This document shows positions 25,186-33,075 of a DNA stretch of 33,075 nt, in pieces. Both the position numbers and the translations under genes were made by a program. The stretch spans positions 1-33,075 of the forward strand of contig CAYMGR010000002.1 in NCBI GenBank assembly GCA_964389985.1, read 5' to 3'. The notes beneath the pieces are model-generated. The model was not told the DNA's origin and made no database searches. It was given only the letters and a program-made list of their open reading frames with translations. Source of the DNA: an uncultured Saprospiraceae bacterium (lineage in GTDB: Bacteria > Bacteroidota > Bacteroidia > Chitinophagales > Saprospiraceae). Numbering within the stretch: the stretch's first letter is position 1; each line of letters begins with the position of its first letter.

Positions 25186-26703
25186 CTAATAGATTTTCGT
25201 CCCATACCCATTCAGGTAACGATTTTTCATTTCAGTAGCGTCTGGCAGCTTGCGATGGTGCCATTTATGAATAATTTGGCCATCTTTCAACAACAATAAA
25301 CCTGGATTGGATCGCATGATGGTTTTTAACAATAAATCATCCGCCTCATAGCAAGGAAATTTGATTCCTAAAGTTTGCTTTAAATCCGCTATACCCTCTT
25401 CAGTCAACGATCCAAATACAGCGGAGGCAATTGCTAAATCTCCAACACTGTCTATTAATGGGAGGATCTTTGATTTAAAAACCTTCACGTAATCTTCATC
25501 CCATATATATTGATTCCTTTTTGTTGTTTTTAGCTCTGTTCCGGTAAATACTTTTTCAAATCGAACAGAATCTCTATTTTTATATTTCATAAAAATCGTA
25601 TCCGTCCGATACATTGAATCCACCCGTTCCTCCTTAATGGTTGTGCTTGTATATTTTACTTTCGGACTAATCACGACCAAATTATATTTAGTCTCATTTA
25701 AAAAACTTTCTGTTGCCGGATTTCCGTCCAAATAAAGAATTTCAAAATCAGATATTTTGGTACGGGGAATAGCTGGTTCAGACTTAATTTGATCAAGGGT
25801 TTCCCAGCTAGCTTTAAAATTCGGGTTGTTTTTAAAGGAATCCAAAAAATCCTTTGCCGGGACCTCTAATTCGCGTTTATCGACCTTACTTCTTATTTTA
25901 TATGCTAAAATTTCTACAGCTCCCATTGCTTTTTGTTCGGCAGCCAATTGGTTTTTAATATTAACTCCATTCCGAAAAGGTCTGAAATCGATAATCGGTT
26001 CGTTCCAAATAAAATTACTGAAACAAAATAACACGAATGCCAGGGTGCTAAATACGGTGATACCCGATCTTAGAATGGGACTAAATAATTCATGACAATG
26101 TTTCCATCTAAAAATAAACCAAAACGCCGGAATCATTAAAAACAAATCTTTGAAAAAAGAAATTTTAGGTTCCAGTTTAATAAAATCGCCAAAGCAACCG
26201 CAATCGGTTACCCTCATTTGATTCTTATTATATTCTGTCCATTTAGAAAACTCAAAAAAGTTGGCTTCTGTAGGAACATAACCCGTTAAATAGGTAAATC
26301 CTGTTAATATGGTAAAGAAAACCATGATGGCAAAAAACAACCAGGAACCGATTCGTTTTTGATATCCAATAATCAACATAATCCCCAAAACGATTTCAAG
26401 AACGATCATGAACACTGAAAAACTTATTGCATGTTGCGAAAACCATGGAAATATGGGCGCCATAAATTTTAGAAAAGAACCCTTGCAAGTGTCTTCAAAA
26501 GCTGTAAAATATTGTTCCATTTTATAAGCCGTCCCTAATGGATCAACGGCTTTTACAAATCCAGAAAAAATAAATAAACAACCTGCAAAGTTTTGGAGAA
26601 AACTATCAGGATAACTAATTGATTTTTTATAAGCTCGGCCAACTAAAAATGTAATAAACAGGGCCACCAATCCAACGTACAAAAGCAAACTTAGTAAGGT
26701 CAT
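25186..26703 (-). CDS. MauE/DoxX-family membrane protein fused to a C-terminal thioredoxin-fold-like domain without CxxC
   Basis: 505 aa. The N-terminal 235 aa or so are polytopic (GCLFIFSGFVKAVDPLG is DoxX-like) and contain the DCGCFGDF motif typical of MauE/DoxX redox-associated proteins. The C-terminal 200 aa or so end in a Trx/TlpA-like beta-alpha-beta signature (…NPGLLLLKDGQIIHKW). Confidence 0.75.
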   Translation of the reverse strand: MTLLSLLLYVGLVALFITFLVGRAYKKSISYPDSFLQNFAGCLFIFSGFVKAVDPLGTAYKMEQYFTAFEDTCKGSFLKFMAPIFPWFSQHAISFSVFMIVLEIVLGIMLIIGYQKRIGSWLFFAIMVFFTILTGFTYLTGYVPTEANFFEFSKWTEYNKNQMRVTDCGCFGDFIKLEPKISFFKDLFLMIPAFWFIFRWKHCHELFSPILRSGITVFSTLAFVLFCFSNFIWNEPIIDFRPFRNGVNIKNQLAAEQKAMGAVEILAYKIRSKVDKRELEVPAKDFLDSFKNNPNFKASWETLDQIKSEPAIPRTKISDFEILYLDGNPATESFLNETKYNLVVISPKVKYTSTTIKEERVDSMYRTDTIFMKYKNRDSVRFEKVFTGTELKTTKRNQYIWDEDYVKVFKSKILPLIDSVGDLAIASAVFGSLTEEGIADLKQTLGIKFPCYEADDLLLKTIMRSNPGLLLLKDGQIIHKWHHRKLPDATEMKNRYLNGYGTKIY

Positions 26704-26796
26704 TGTTTAATTATTATTTTAAAGAAAAGCAAAAAACTGTTTTAATAAGTAAATGTAAGTCGAAAAGTTTAAAAAGCACTTTCAATGAAATGTTAA

Positions 26797-26804
26797 TAGC
26801 TTTG
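26797..26804 (+). promoter_or_regulatory. -7 promoter box TAGCTTTG for the EamA-like transporter / yigZ / coaE cluster
   Basis: Exact TAnnTTTG, 10 nt upstream of ATG 26815. Confidence 0.5.
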
Positions 26805-26814
26805 CATGCAGGCC

Positions 26815-27663
26815 ATGTTATTTACACTCCTTTGCATCCTGTGTACCTCTTTACTGGGAATTCTCTTCAAATTGACTGAAGGATTCAACACTAGATTGCC
26901 TGTTATCATCCTGTTAAATTATTTAACCTGCTTTGGAATTGGCCTTCTTTGGAAGGGAAACCAACTCATAACATCGTTTAAAGTTGAATTCATTCCATGG
27001 ATTATTGGCCTTGCTTTATTGTTTATCTTAGGCTTTAATGCTTATGCTTCCACGATCCGATCGGCTGGTTTAGCTTTAGCGACTTTATTCCAAAAAATGT
27101 CTATTATACTCACTGTAATCCTTGCGATCTTATGGGGTGAAGATTTTAATTTTATTCAACTGGTTGGATGGCTGCTTGGCTTGATTGCAATTGGATTAGC
27201 CTACCTTCCAGATCAAGATTCGATCGATAGCAAAAGAACCTTGTTAAAATTAGTAGCCACTTTAGTTCTTTCATCCATTATTGAAATCAGTTTTCTACAG
27301 TTGAACAAACAATTAGATTTAAATGAATTTATTCAAGAAATTTTTACATCTTACTTATTTTTAACGGCTTCCATATTTGGACTGCTCTCGTTTTATCAGG
27401 TCCATCGAAGCTTTGAAATCAGAAAAAATGAACTCCTTTTTGGAATCGGCATTGGTTTGCCAAATTTTTTTTCAATCTATTTTATGATGAAAGCAATTCA
27501 AACAGAATGGCAAAATGTATTTTTCTTTCCTGTATTAAACTGTTCCGTTGTAGTCATTTCAGCCCTTACAGGGTTCTATCTATTCAAAGACCCGCTTACT
27601 AAACATCAACGTTTGGCCATCGGACTTTCTTTGATAGCCATTTTACTAATTTCTTTAAAATAA
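26815..27663 (+). CDS. DMT-superfamily (EamA-like) transporter
   Basis: About 10 hydrophobic helices in two similar halves. The track start is ATG 26806. A TAGCTTTG -7 box at 26797-26804 ends 1 nt before that ATG, so the next ATG (26815, MLFTLLC…) is the more likely start on a very short leader. Confidence 0.8.
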   Translation: MLFTLLCILCTSLLGILFKLTEGFNTRLPVIILLNYLTCFGIGLLWKGNQLITSFKVEFIPWIIGLALLFILGFNAYASTIRSAGLALATLFQKMSIILTVILAILWGEDFNFIQLVGWLLGLIAIGLAYLPDQDSIDSKRTLLKLVATLVLSSIIEISFLQLNKQLDLNEFIQEIFTSYLFLTASIFGLLSFYQVHRSFEIRKNELLFGIGIGLPNFFSIYFMMKAIQTEWQNVFFFPVLNCSVVVISALTGFYLFKDPLTKHQRLAIGLSLIAILLISLK

Positions 27664-27672
27664 ACCGAATCT

Positions 27673-28332
27673 TTGAAAGCCAGTTTTTATCATAGCATCC
27701 AACGAGCGGAACCTTTCGAACTTGTAGTCAAAGGAAGCAAGTTTATCGCCTATGCATTTAATATTTCTGGCAAACAAGAAGCCGATTCCAAACTCGAAGA
27801 AATAAAACAAATGCATCCCAAAGCCAGGCATTGGTGTTATGCCTGGAAACTTGGTACGGATGAATTTTTATACAAAGCTTTTGATGATGGCGAGCCCTCT
27901 GGATCGGCCGGAAAGCCGATTCTAAATCAAATCGAATCCTTTGGATTAACGTTTACAATGGTTATTGTAGTTCGATATTTTGGTGGCAGTTTATTAGGTG
28001 TCCCTGGCTTAATTAAAGCTTATAAAGATTCAAGCTGGCATTGCCTTAATACTGCTGAGAAATCAATCATAGCTATTCGGAATCGCTATTATTATGAAGG
28101 GTCTATTGAAAAAATTCAAACTCTTTTAAGTATTTTAAAAAGTCTAAACCTCCGCGTTGAACAATTTCAACTATCCACACCTTCTACTATTGCTTTTGAT
28201 ATTCCAATTCAAGACGAATCCGCTTGGTTTGCAAAAATTAGATCTAAATTAGAAAAAAGAACAAGCCCGGCAGATTCTCTAAATTATACATTCCAGGATG
28301 TTCAATTTATTAAAAAAGAAACCATCATATGA
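27673..28332 (+). CDS. yigZ: YigZ/IMPACT-family protein (UPF0029)
   Basis: 219 aa with a TTG start. Carries the family motifs KGSKFIAY…H.CYAW…DDGEPSGSAGKPIL…VVVVRYFGG..LG.GGL. Confidence 0.88.
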   Translation: MKASFYHSIQRAEPFELVVKGSKFIAYAFNISGKQEADSKLEEIKQMHPKARHWCYAWKLGTDEFLYKAFDDGEPSGSAGKPILNQIESFGLTFTMVIVVRYFGGSLLGVPGLIKAYKDSSWHCLNTAEKSIIAIRNRYYYEGSIEKIQTLLSILKSLNLRVEQFQLSTPSTIAFDIPIQDESAWFAKIRSKLEKRTSPADSLNYTFQDVQFIKKETII

Positions 28333-28937
28333 AAATAGTCGGGCTGACCGGAGGAATTGGTAGTGGAAAAACAAGTGTAGCTCATATATTTGAGGTTATG
28401 GGTGTCCCCGTGTACTATTCCGATCTTCGTGCCAGATGGATCATGGAAAATGACCCTATTGTAATCAAGCAGCTCACTCAGCATTTTGGCCCTCAAAGCT
28501 ATATCAAACAAGGCCAATTAAATAGGAGCTTTATTTCCAAAAAAATCTTTGGTAACCCAAGCGAAACAAGCTGGTTAAATCAATTGATACATCCACTTGT
28601 GCAACTTGATTTTAATAACTGGGCGGAGCATCAGACAGCTGCTTTTGGTATAAAGGAATCTGCCCTTTTAATCGAATTACGCGATCAACAAAAATTAGAC
28701 AAACTCATTCTGGTGATTTCTGATGAGCCTAGCAAAATCCAACGGATCCAAAAAAGAGATGCATTAACGGTTCAAGAAATAAAATCAAGGATGGAGGCCC
28801 AGATCTCGGATGCTGATCGGATTCCATATGCTCATTTCATTATTTACAACGAAGGTCGACAGAGTTTAATAAAACAAAGCATCCAAATTTTTAAACAGCT
28901 GGAAGCAGAATATAGTGGATCCAAAACATCCAATTAA
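28329..28937 (+). CDS. coaE: Dephospho-CoA kinase
   Basis: MKIVGLTGGIGSGKT P-loop N-terminus and …LIHPLV… Its start overlaps the yigZ stop (ATGA, 28329-28332). Confidence 0.92.
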   Translation: MKIVGLTGGIGSGKTSVAHIFEVMGVPVYYSDLRARWIMENDPIVIKQLTQHFGPQSYIKQGQLNRSFISKKIFGNPSETSWLNQLIHPLVQLDFNNWAEHQTAAFGIKESALLIELRDQQKLDKLILVISDEPSKIQRIQKRDALTVQEIKSRMEAQISDADRIPYAHFIIYNEGRQSLIKQSIQIFKQLEAEYSGSKTSN

Positions 28938-28944
28938 TTCGGCG

Positions 28945-28952
28945 TAACTTTG
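28945..28952 (+). promoter_or_regulatory. -7 promoter box TAACTTTG for rocD
   Basis: Exact TAnnTTTG, 18 nt upstream of ATG 28971. Confidence 0.5.
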
Positions 28953-28970
28953 AAGCTCAATTGACAATCT

Positions 28971-30227
28971 ATGGTTTCATCTATTTCAAATCAACTAGCC
29001 CAAACGTACATTCAGTTAGAAGCTCAATTTGGAGCCCATAATTACCACCCCCTGCCTGTTGTCTTAGATCGTGGTGAAGGTGTATTTGTCTGGGATGTAA
29101 ACGGGAAGCAGTATTTTGATTTTCTCTCAGCTTATTCTGCTGTAAATCAGGGACATTGTCATCCTGTTATATTAAATGCCTTAATCACCCAGGCACAAAA
29201 ATTATGTTTAACGTCCCGGGCGTTTTACAATGACCGATTAGGTGTCTTTGAAAAACAGATCTGTAAATTGTTTGGATATGACAAAGTACTCCCTATGAAC
29301 ACGGGAGTTGAAGCAGTAGAAACAGGAATTAAATTATGCAGAAAATGGGCGTATAAAATAAAAGGCATTTCTAATAATCAAGCCAAAATCATCGTATTTG
29401 AAGGAAATTTCCATGGTCGGACTATGACTGCAGTTTCTGCATCAACAGACCCTAGTAGTTTTGAAGGTTTTGGCCCTTATCTCCCAGGTTTTATTAAACT
29501 TCCCTATAATAATATTGAGGCCTTAAAAAATTGCATAGAATCAGATACGAACATTGCCGGTATGCTAATTGAGCCTATTCAAGGTGAAGCAGGTGTTGTG
29601 ATTCCGGATGATGACTTTTTAAAAGAAGCCTATAATTTATGCAAACAACATCATATTTTGTTTTTAGCAGATGAAGTCCAAACTGGAATTGGCCGCACAG
29701 GTAAAATGTTAGCCTGTGATCACATTGGGATAAAACCAGACATCCTGATCTTAGGAAAAGCTCTTTCAGGTGGTACCTTACCCGTATCCGCAGTCCTTGC
29801 CTCTGATGAAATCATGCTCTGCATTCATCCCGGAGAACATGGTTCTACATTTGGAGGAAATCCTCTCGCCTGCTCTGTTGCAATGGCTGCCTTGCAAGTC
29901 ATTCATGATGATCAATTGCTTGAGAATTCAGAGAAAAGAGGTTTACAACTTCGTGATGGCTTGCAAAAAATCAAAGAAAATCATCCGCTGATTTCAATTA
30001 TACGCGGTAAAGGATTACTCAATGCTATCGTAATTAATTGTCCTGAAAACTCAGATATGGCCTGGAATTTATGCTTGATTTTGGCAAAAAATGGCTTACT
30101 CGCTAAACCTACCCATGGCAATATCATTAGACTTGCACCTCCGCTCTGTATTACTGAAGAGCAAATTGGTGAATGCTGTACAATTTTTGAAAAATCGATG
30201 CTTGAATTGGAAAAACAAGCTCCATGA
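28971..30227 (+). CDS. rocD: Ornithine--oxo-acid (ornithine delta-) aminotransferase
   Basis: Class-III PLP aminotransferase. Motifs: YSAVNQGHCHP, GNFHGRT, DEVQTGIGRTGK, the PLP-Lys region LGKALSGG and HGSTFGGNPLA. Confidence 0.92.
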   Translation: MVSSISNQLAQTYIQLEAQFGAHNYHPLPVVLDRGEGVFVWDVNGKQYFDFLSAYSAVNQGHCHPVILNALITQAQKLCLTSRAFYNDRLGVFEKQICKLFGYDKVLPMNTGVEAVETGIKLCRKWAYKIKGISNNQAKIIVFEGNFHGRTMTAVSASTDPSSFEGFGPYLPGFIKLPYNNIEALKNCIESDTNIAGMLIEPIQGEAGVVIPDDDFLKEAYNLCKQHHILFLADEVQTGIGRTGKMLACDHIGIKPDILILGKALSGGTLPVSAVLASDEIMLCIHPGEHGSTFGGNPLACSVAMAALQVIHDDQLLENSEKRGLQLRDGLQKIKENHPLISIIRGKGLLNAIVINCPENSDMAWNLCLILAKNGLLAKPTHGNIIRLAPPLCITEEQIGECCTIFEKSMLELEKQAP

Positions 30228-30283
30228 TGTATTTTTGATCCTAACTATTTTCAATATTAAATTTTGCTTTTATTAACTTTTAG

Positions 30284-30305
30284 CTGTATATGTTCGTATA
30301 TACAG
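30284..30305 (+). terminator. Possible weak terminator hairpin downstream of rocD (CTGTATAT-GTTCGT-ATATACAG)
   Basis: 8-bp AT-rich stem 57 nt after the rocD stop. A GGCTTTTT run follows within 10 nt, but there is no immediate T-tract. Confidence 0.3.
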
Positions 30306-30391
30306 AAAGAGGCTTTTTAATTAAATCCTAATTATTAGAAATTCAAATTATTGTTTTAAAATTAAAAAATTAAGTATCTTTACTTCAAATT

Positions 30392-31330
30392 ATGTATAAT
30401 CGTATGAGAATCTTAGGTTTAGCAGTTATTTTATGTTATTTTGGATCGGTGCAATCCCAGACTATGCAAATTAAATTTTGTGGTAAAACCTCAGCTGTAG
30501 TTCCGGCAATAGATGGAACGGGGCAGGATCAACGGTATAAAGGAGGCATTCGCTTAGATTTTATTAGAATTGGCAAGTTATCTCAATCCAGAACGGCCCC
30601 ATTTTACACTTTAGGATTGGCTACTGGTGTTTCGTTTAAAAACTCTACCTGGGTGGATGGCTGTGCAAATAATTCAAACCAAACTTATTGCTCAGGTTGT
30701 ACCACCTGCAAACCTATATTAAATACAAGCAATGGAAGCATTGGCGTTTCTGAAGGAAAAATGGTAGAAAATGTTAGGTTACGCTCTTCAAATAACGATT
30801 TTTATCTTGAGAGTACAGGTAGTCAAAATGTGGTTTGTTTTGTAACAGATCCGATTGATGTTTCAAGTGTTGCCGGAAAAAAAATAGAAGTCAATGTTGG
30901 CTATGAAGGCACTTCGAAAGATGGATTTTCAACCGTAAATGTGAATTTTAATTACCGATACAATAATGAGAATTGGGCAAATCTATTAAATCAAAATAGC
31001 AATTTTCTTCGCGTAATCGATACTGCAATCCTCATTAACATCAACGTTCCCACTGCTGTAGAAAGCTTAGATGAAACGGTCGATTTCACAATTTCTCCTA
31101 ACCCGGTAAATGATAAATTTTTTATTAGTCTCAATAGCAAAGAACGTTTTGAGGCGAGCTTAGCGATCCGAGACATTCAAGGTAAAATTATTGAACAAAA
31201 GTCTTATACCATAAGAGAAGGATTAAATTCTATTGAGTGGAATTTAAATCATTTGAATCCTGCATTATATTTATTTCAAATTGCAGATCAAAATGGACGG
31301 ATTAGCTCTTCTAAATTTGTAAAAGATTAG
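30392..31330 (+). CDS. Secreted protein of unknown function with T9SS type-A C-terminal sorting domain
   Basis: Signal peptide (MRILGLAVILCYFGSVQSQ). The C-terminal 75 aa or so (FTISPNPVNDKFFISL…LAIRDIQGKII…GLNSIEWNL…PALYLFQI…) match the T9SS sorting-domain pattern. The N-terminal domain is unrecognised and has a Cys cluster (DGCANNSNQTYCSGCTTCKP). Confidence 0.82.
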   Translation: MYNRMRILGLAVILCYFGSVQSQTMQIKFCGKTSAVVPAIDGTGQDQRYKGGIRLDFIRIGKLSQSRTAPFYTLGLATGVSFKNSTWVDGCANNSNQTYCSGCTTCKPILNTSNGSIGVSEGKMVENVRLRSSNNDFYLESTGSQNVVCFVTDPIDVSSVAGKKIEVNVGYEGTSKDGFSTVNVNFNYRYNNENWANLLNQNSNFLRVIDTAILININVPTAVESLDETVDFTISPNPVNDKFFISLNSKERFEASLAIRDIQGKIIEQKSYTIREGLNSIEWNLNHLNPALYLFQIADQNGRISSSKFVKD

Positions 31331-33075
31331 TTTTCCGGAGTTCCTTTAAGAATCCTTTCCCGGTTTTCAATAAAAAACAACATAGAATCCGGATTGCGCA
31401 TGGCGCCTGGATTATAGGCTTTATGGACATCAACACCCATTAATAATTTCTTTACAGGACTTTCCATTTTCTTTCCACTGATCGTGTAGGGCAATTGCGA
31501 AACTTGAAAAATTTTATCAGGTATATGCCTCGGACTGCATTGGTTCTTTAAAGCTGTTTTAATTTGTTGGATTATTTGTTCATCCAAAGCAATTTCATCG
31601 TTTAATTCTACAAACAAAGGCATGTAATGTGCACCACCTTCTAACTCCAAATTAACAATCAAAGCATCTTTTATAGCTTCCATCCGATCCAGAACATTAT
31701 ATATTTCTGCGGTTCCAATCCTTACCCCATGGCGATTTAAAGTTGAATCTGAACGGCCAAAAATGATCACTCCATCGTGTTTTGTAATTTCAATCCAATC
31801 TCCATGTCTCCACATCGAAGGGTAATCATCAAAGTAACTGGCTTTATATTTTAATTTAGATGGATCATTCCAAAAACCTATTGGCATACATGGCATTGGT
31901 TTAACAATCACCAGCTCTCCCATTTCTTCTACAACAACTTCTGCTTTTTCATTCCAAGCCTCAATGGCAGCACCCAATGCCCGACACTGCAATTCTCCGG
32001 ATAAAACCGGTCGCTCAATACACCCGCCAATAAATGCAGTGCAGACATCAGTCCCTCCTGACATACTACATAACCAAACATCCGGTTTAATAAATTCATA
32101 TACATATTTAAAAGCATCAGCCGGTAAAGGAGAACCTGTTGAGCCAATGCTACGCAATTGCTTTTGAGGGAATTCTTCTGCAACATTTAATTGATGCTTC
32201 ATACAATTAATCAAAAAAGGGGCACTTGTCCCAAAATGATGTATGTTTATTTCTTGAGAAAGTTGCCATAAACTGGATATTTTTGGGAAAACTGGACTGC
32301 CGTCATATAATACAGCAGTTGCACCAATTAATAAGGATGCATGAACAAAATTCCACATCATCCAGCCCGTTGTTGTATACCAGAAAAATCGTTCACCCGG
32401 TTTCAGATCATTGTGAAAACTTAAATATTTTAAGTGTTCCAATAACATACCACCGTGGCCATGCATGATTGCTTTAGGCAAACCAGTTGTTCCTGATGAA
32501 TATAAAATCCAAATTGGATGGTCAAAATCAAGCCGCTTAAAAAAAGGCTTCAACTTAAGATTGAAATCAAGCTTATTCCAAAATATTTCTTCGGCTCTGG
32601 TTTTATTGGACTCCATCCCTTCGTTAAAAGGGATCCAAACAATTTTTTGAATACTAGGAATCTGTTCAACCAATTCAAGCACCTCCCTTCGACGATCAAA
32701 ATACTTTCCATTGTAAGAATATCCAGTAACGGCAATTAATATTTTAGGTTCAATTTGCTGGAATCGATCTAATACTGATTGAACGCCAAAATCAGGCGAA
32801 CAAGAACTCCATACAAAACCGGAAGCAATACAAGCCAACATCGAGATACTTGTTTCGGGTATATTTCCAGCATACGCACAAATTCGATCTCCCGTTTCTA
32901 ATCCGGAATTCTGAAATACAGTCTGCAAAACAGCCACTTGCGTTTCTAATTGTTCCCAAGATATTTCATAGCGGCTGCGTTGTTCATCCTGAGCAATGAT
33001 TGCCGGACCCTTTAATGTATTATTTCTAAAGATATGTTCTGCATAATTCAATTGGATTCCCGTAAACCATTTTGT
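31327..33075 (-). CDS. Acetoacetate--CoA ligase (acetoacetyl-CoA synthetase), partial (N-terminus lies beyond the window end)
   Basis: AMP-binding motif YSSGTTGLPK and an AACS-like sequence throughout. The frame remains open upstream of the track's TTG (33051) to the window edge (…TKWFTGIQLNYAEHIF), so the gene is 5'-truncated by the window. Confidence 0.9.
   Translation of the reverse strand, partial: TKWFTGIQLNYAEHIFRNNTLKGPAIIAQDEQRSRYEISWEQLETQVAVLQTVFQNSGLETGDRICAYAGNIPETSISMLACIASGFVWSSCSPDFGVQSVLDRFQQIEPKILIAVTGYSYNGKYFDRRREVLELVEQIPSIQKIVWIPFNEGMESNKTRAEEIFWNKLDFNLKLKPFFKRLDFDHPIWILYSSGTTGLPKAIMHGHGGMLLEHLKYLSFHNDLKPGERFFWYTTTGWMMWNFVHASLLIGATAVLYDGSPVFPKISSLWQLSQEINIHHFGTSAPFLINCMKHQLNVAEEFPQKQLRSIGSTGSPLPADAFKYVYEFIKPDVWLCSMSGGTDVCTAFIGGCIERPVLSGELQCRALGAAIEAWNEKAEVVVEEMGELVIVKPMPCMPIGFWNDPSKLKYKASYFDDYPSMWRHGDWIEITKHDGVIIFGRSDSTLNRHGVRIGTAEIYNVLDRMEAIKDALIVNLELEGGAHYMPLFVELNDEIALDEQIIQQIKTALKNQCSPRHIPDKIFQVSQLPYTISGKKMESPVKKLLMGVDVHKAYNPGAMRNPDSMLFFIENRERILKGTPEN

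Overview
This is an AT-rich, densely packed chromosomal segment, about 95% coding by my gene calls, that reads as core genome of a Bacteroidota bacterium. Lineage evidence: a T9SS C-terminal sorting domain, a recF-DUF721 pair, a roughly 300-aa long-form NusB, TopA with Cys-free C-terminal repeats, and TAnnTTTG -7 promoter boxes upstream of many genes. I call 32 protein-coding genes. Two are truncated by the window edges: a DUF2911 gene at the left edge, absent from the ORF track, and acetoacetyl-CoA synthetase at the right edge. Nearly all are housekeeping: recF, S9 peptidase, pdhA, ribH, PduO-type adenosyltransferase, ABC ATPase and permease, deoxynucleoside kinase, corA, tyrS, an FMN-dependent hydroxy-acid oxidase, msrB, rimO, topA, guaA, nusB, coaE, rocD and others. 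I see no rRNA or tRNA genes, CRISPR arrays, transposases, integrases, phage genes, recognisable defence genes or long DNA repeats. I do not find a convincing novel multi-gene system, and the window looks ordinary. The leads worth a second look are small and speculative. (1) The only sizeable unexplained gap (514-766) holds an orphan promoter-like box, a 10-bp hairpin and a 27-codon hydrophobic small ORF. (2) The tyrS HIGH signature reads GLGN. (3) A MauE/DoxX membrane domain with a CGC motif is fused to a thioredoxin-fold-like domain that has no CxxC. (4) A rimO / 4-TM protein / exported MsrB operon. (5) Palindromic, overlapping divergent -7 boxes lie between the lolC/E-like gene and tyrS. (6) Convergent gene ends are unusually tight. 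All family assignments come from motif recognition by eye; no database search was possible.
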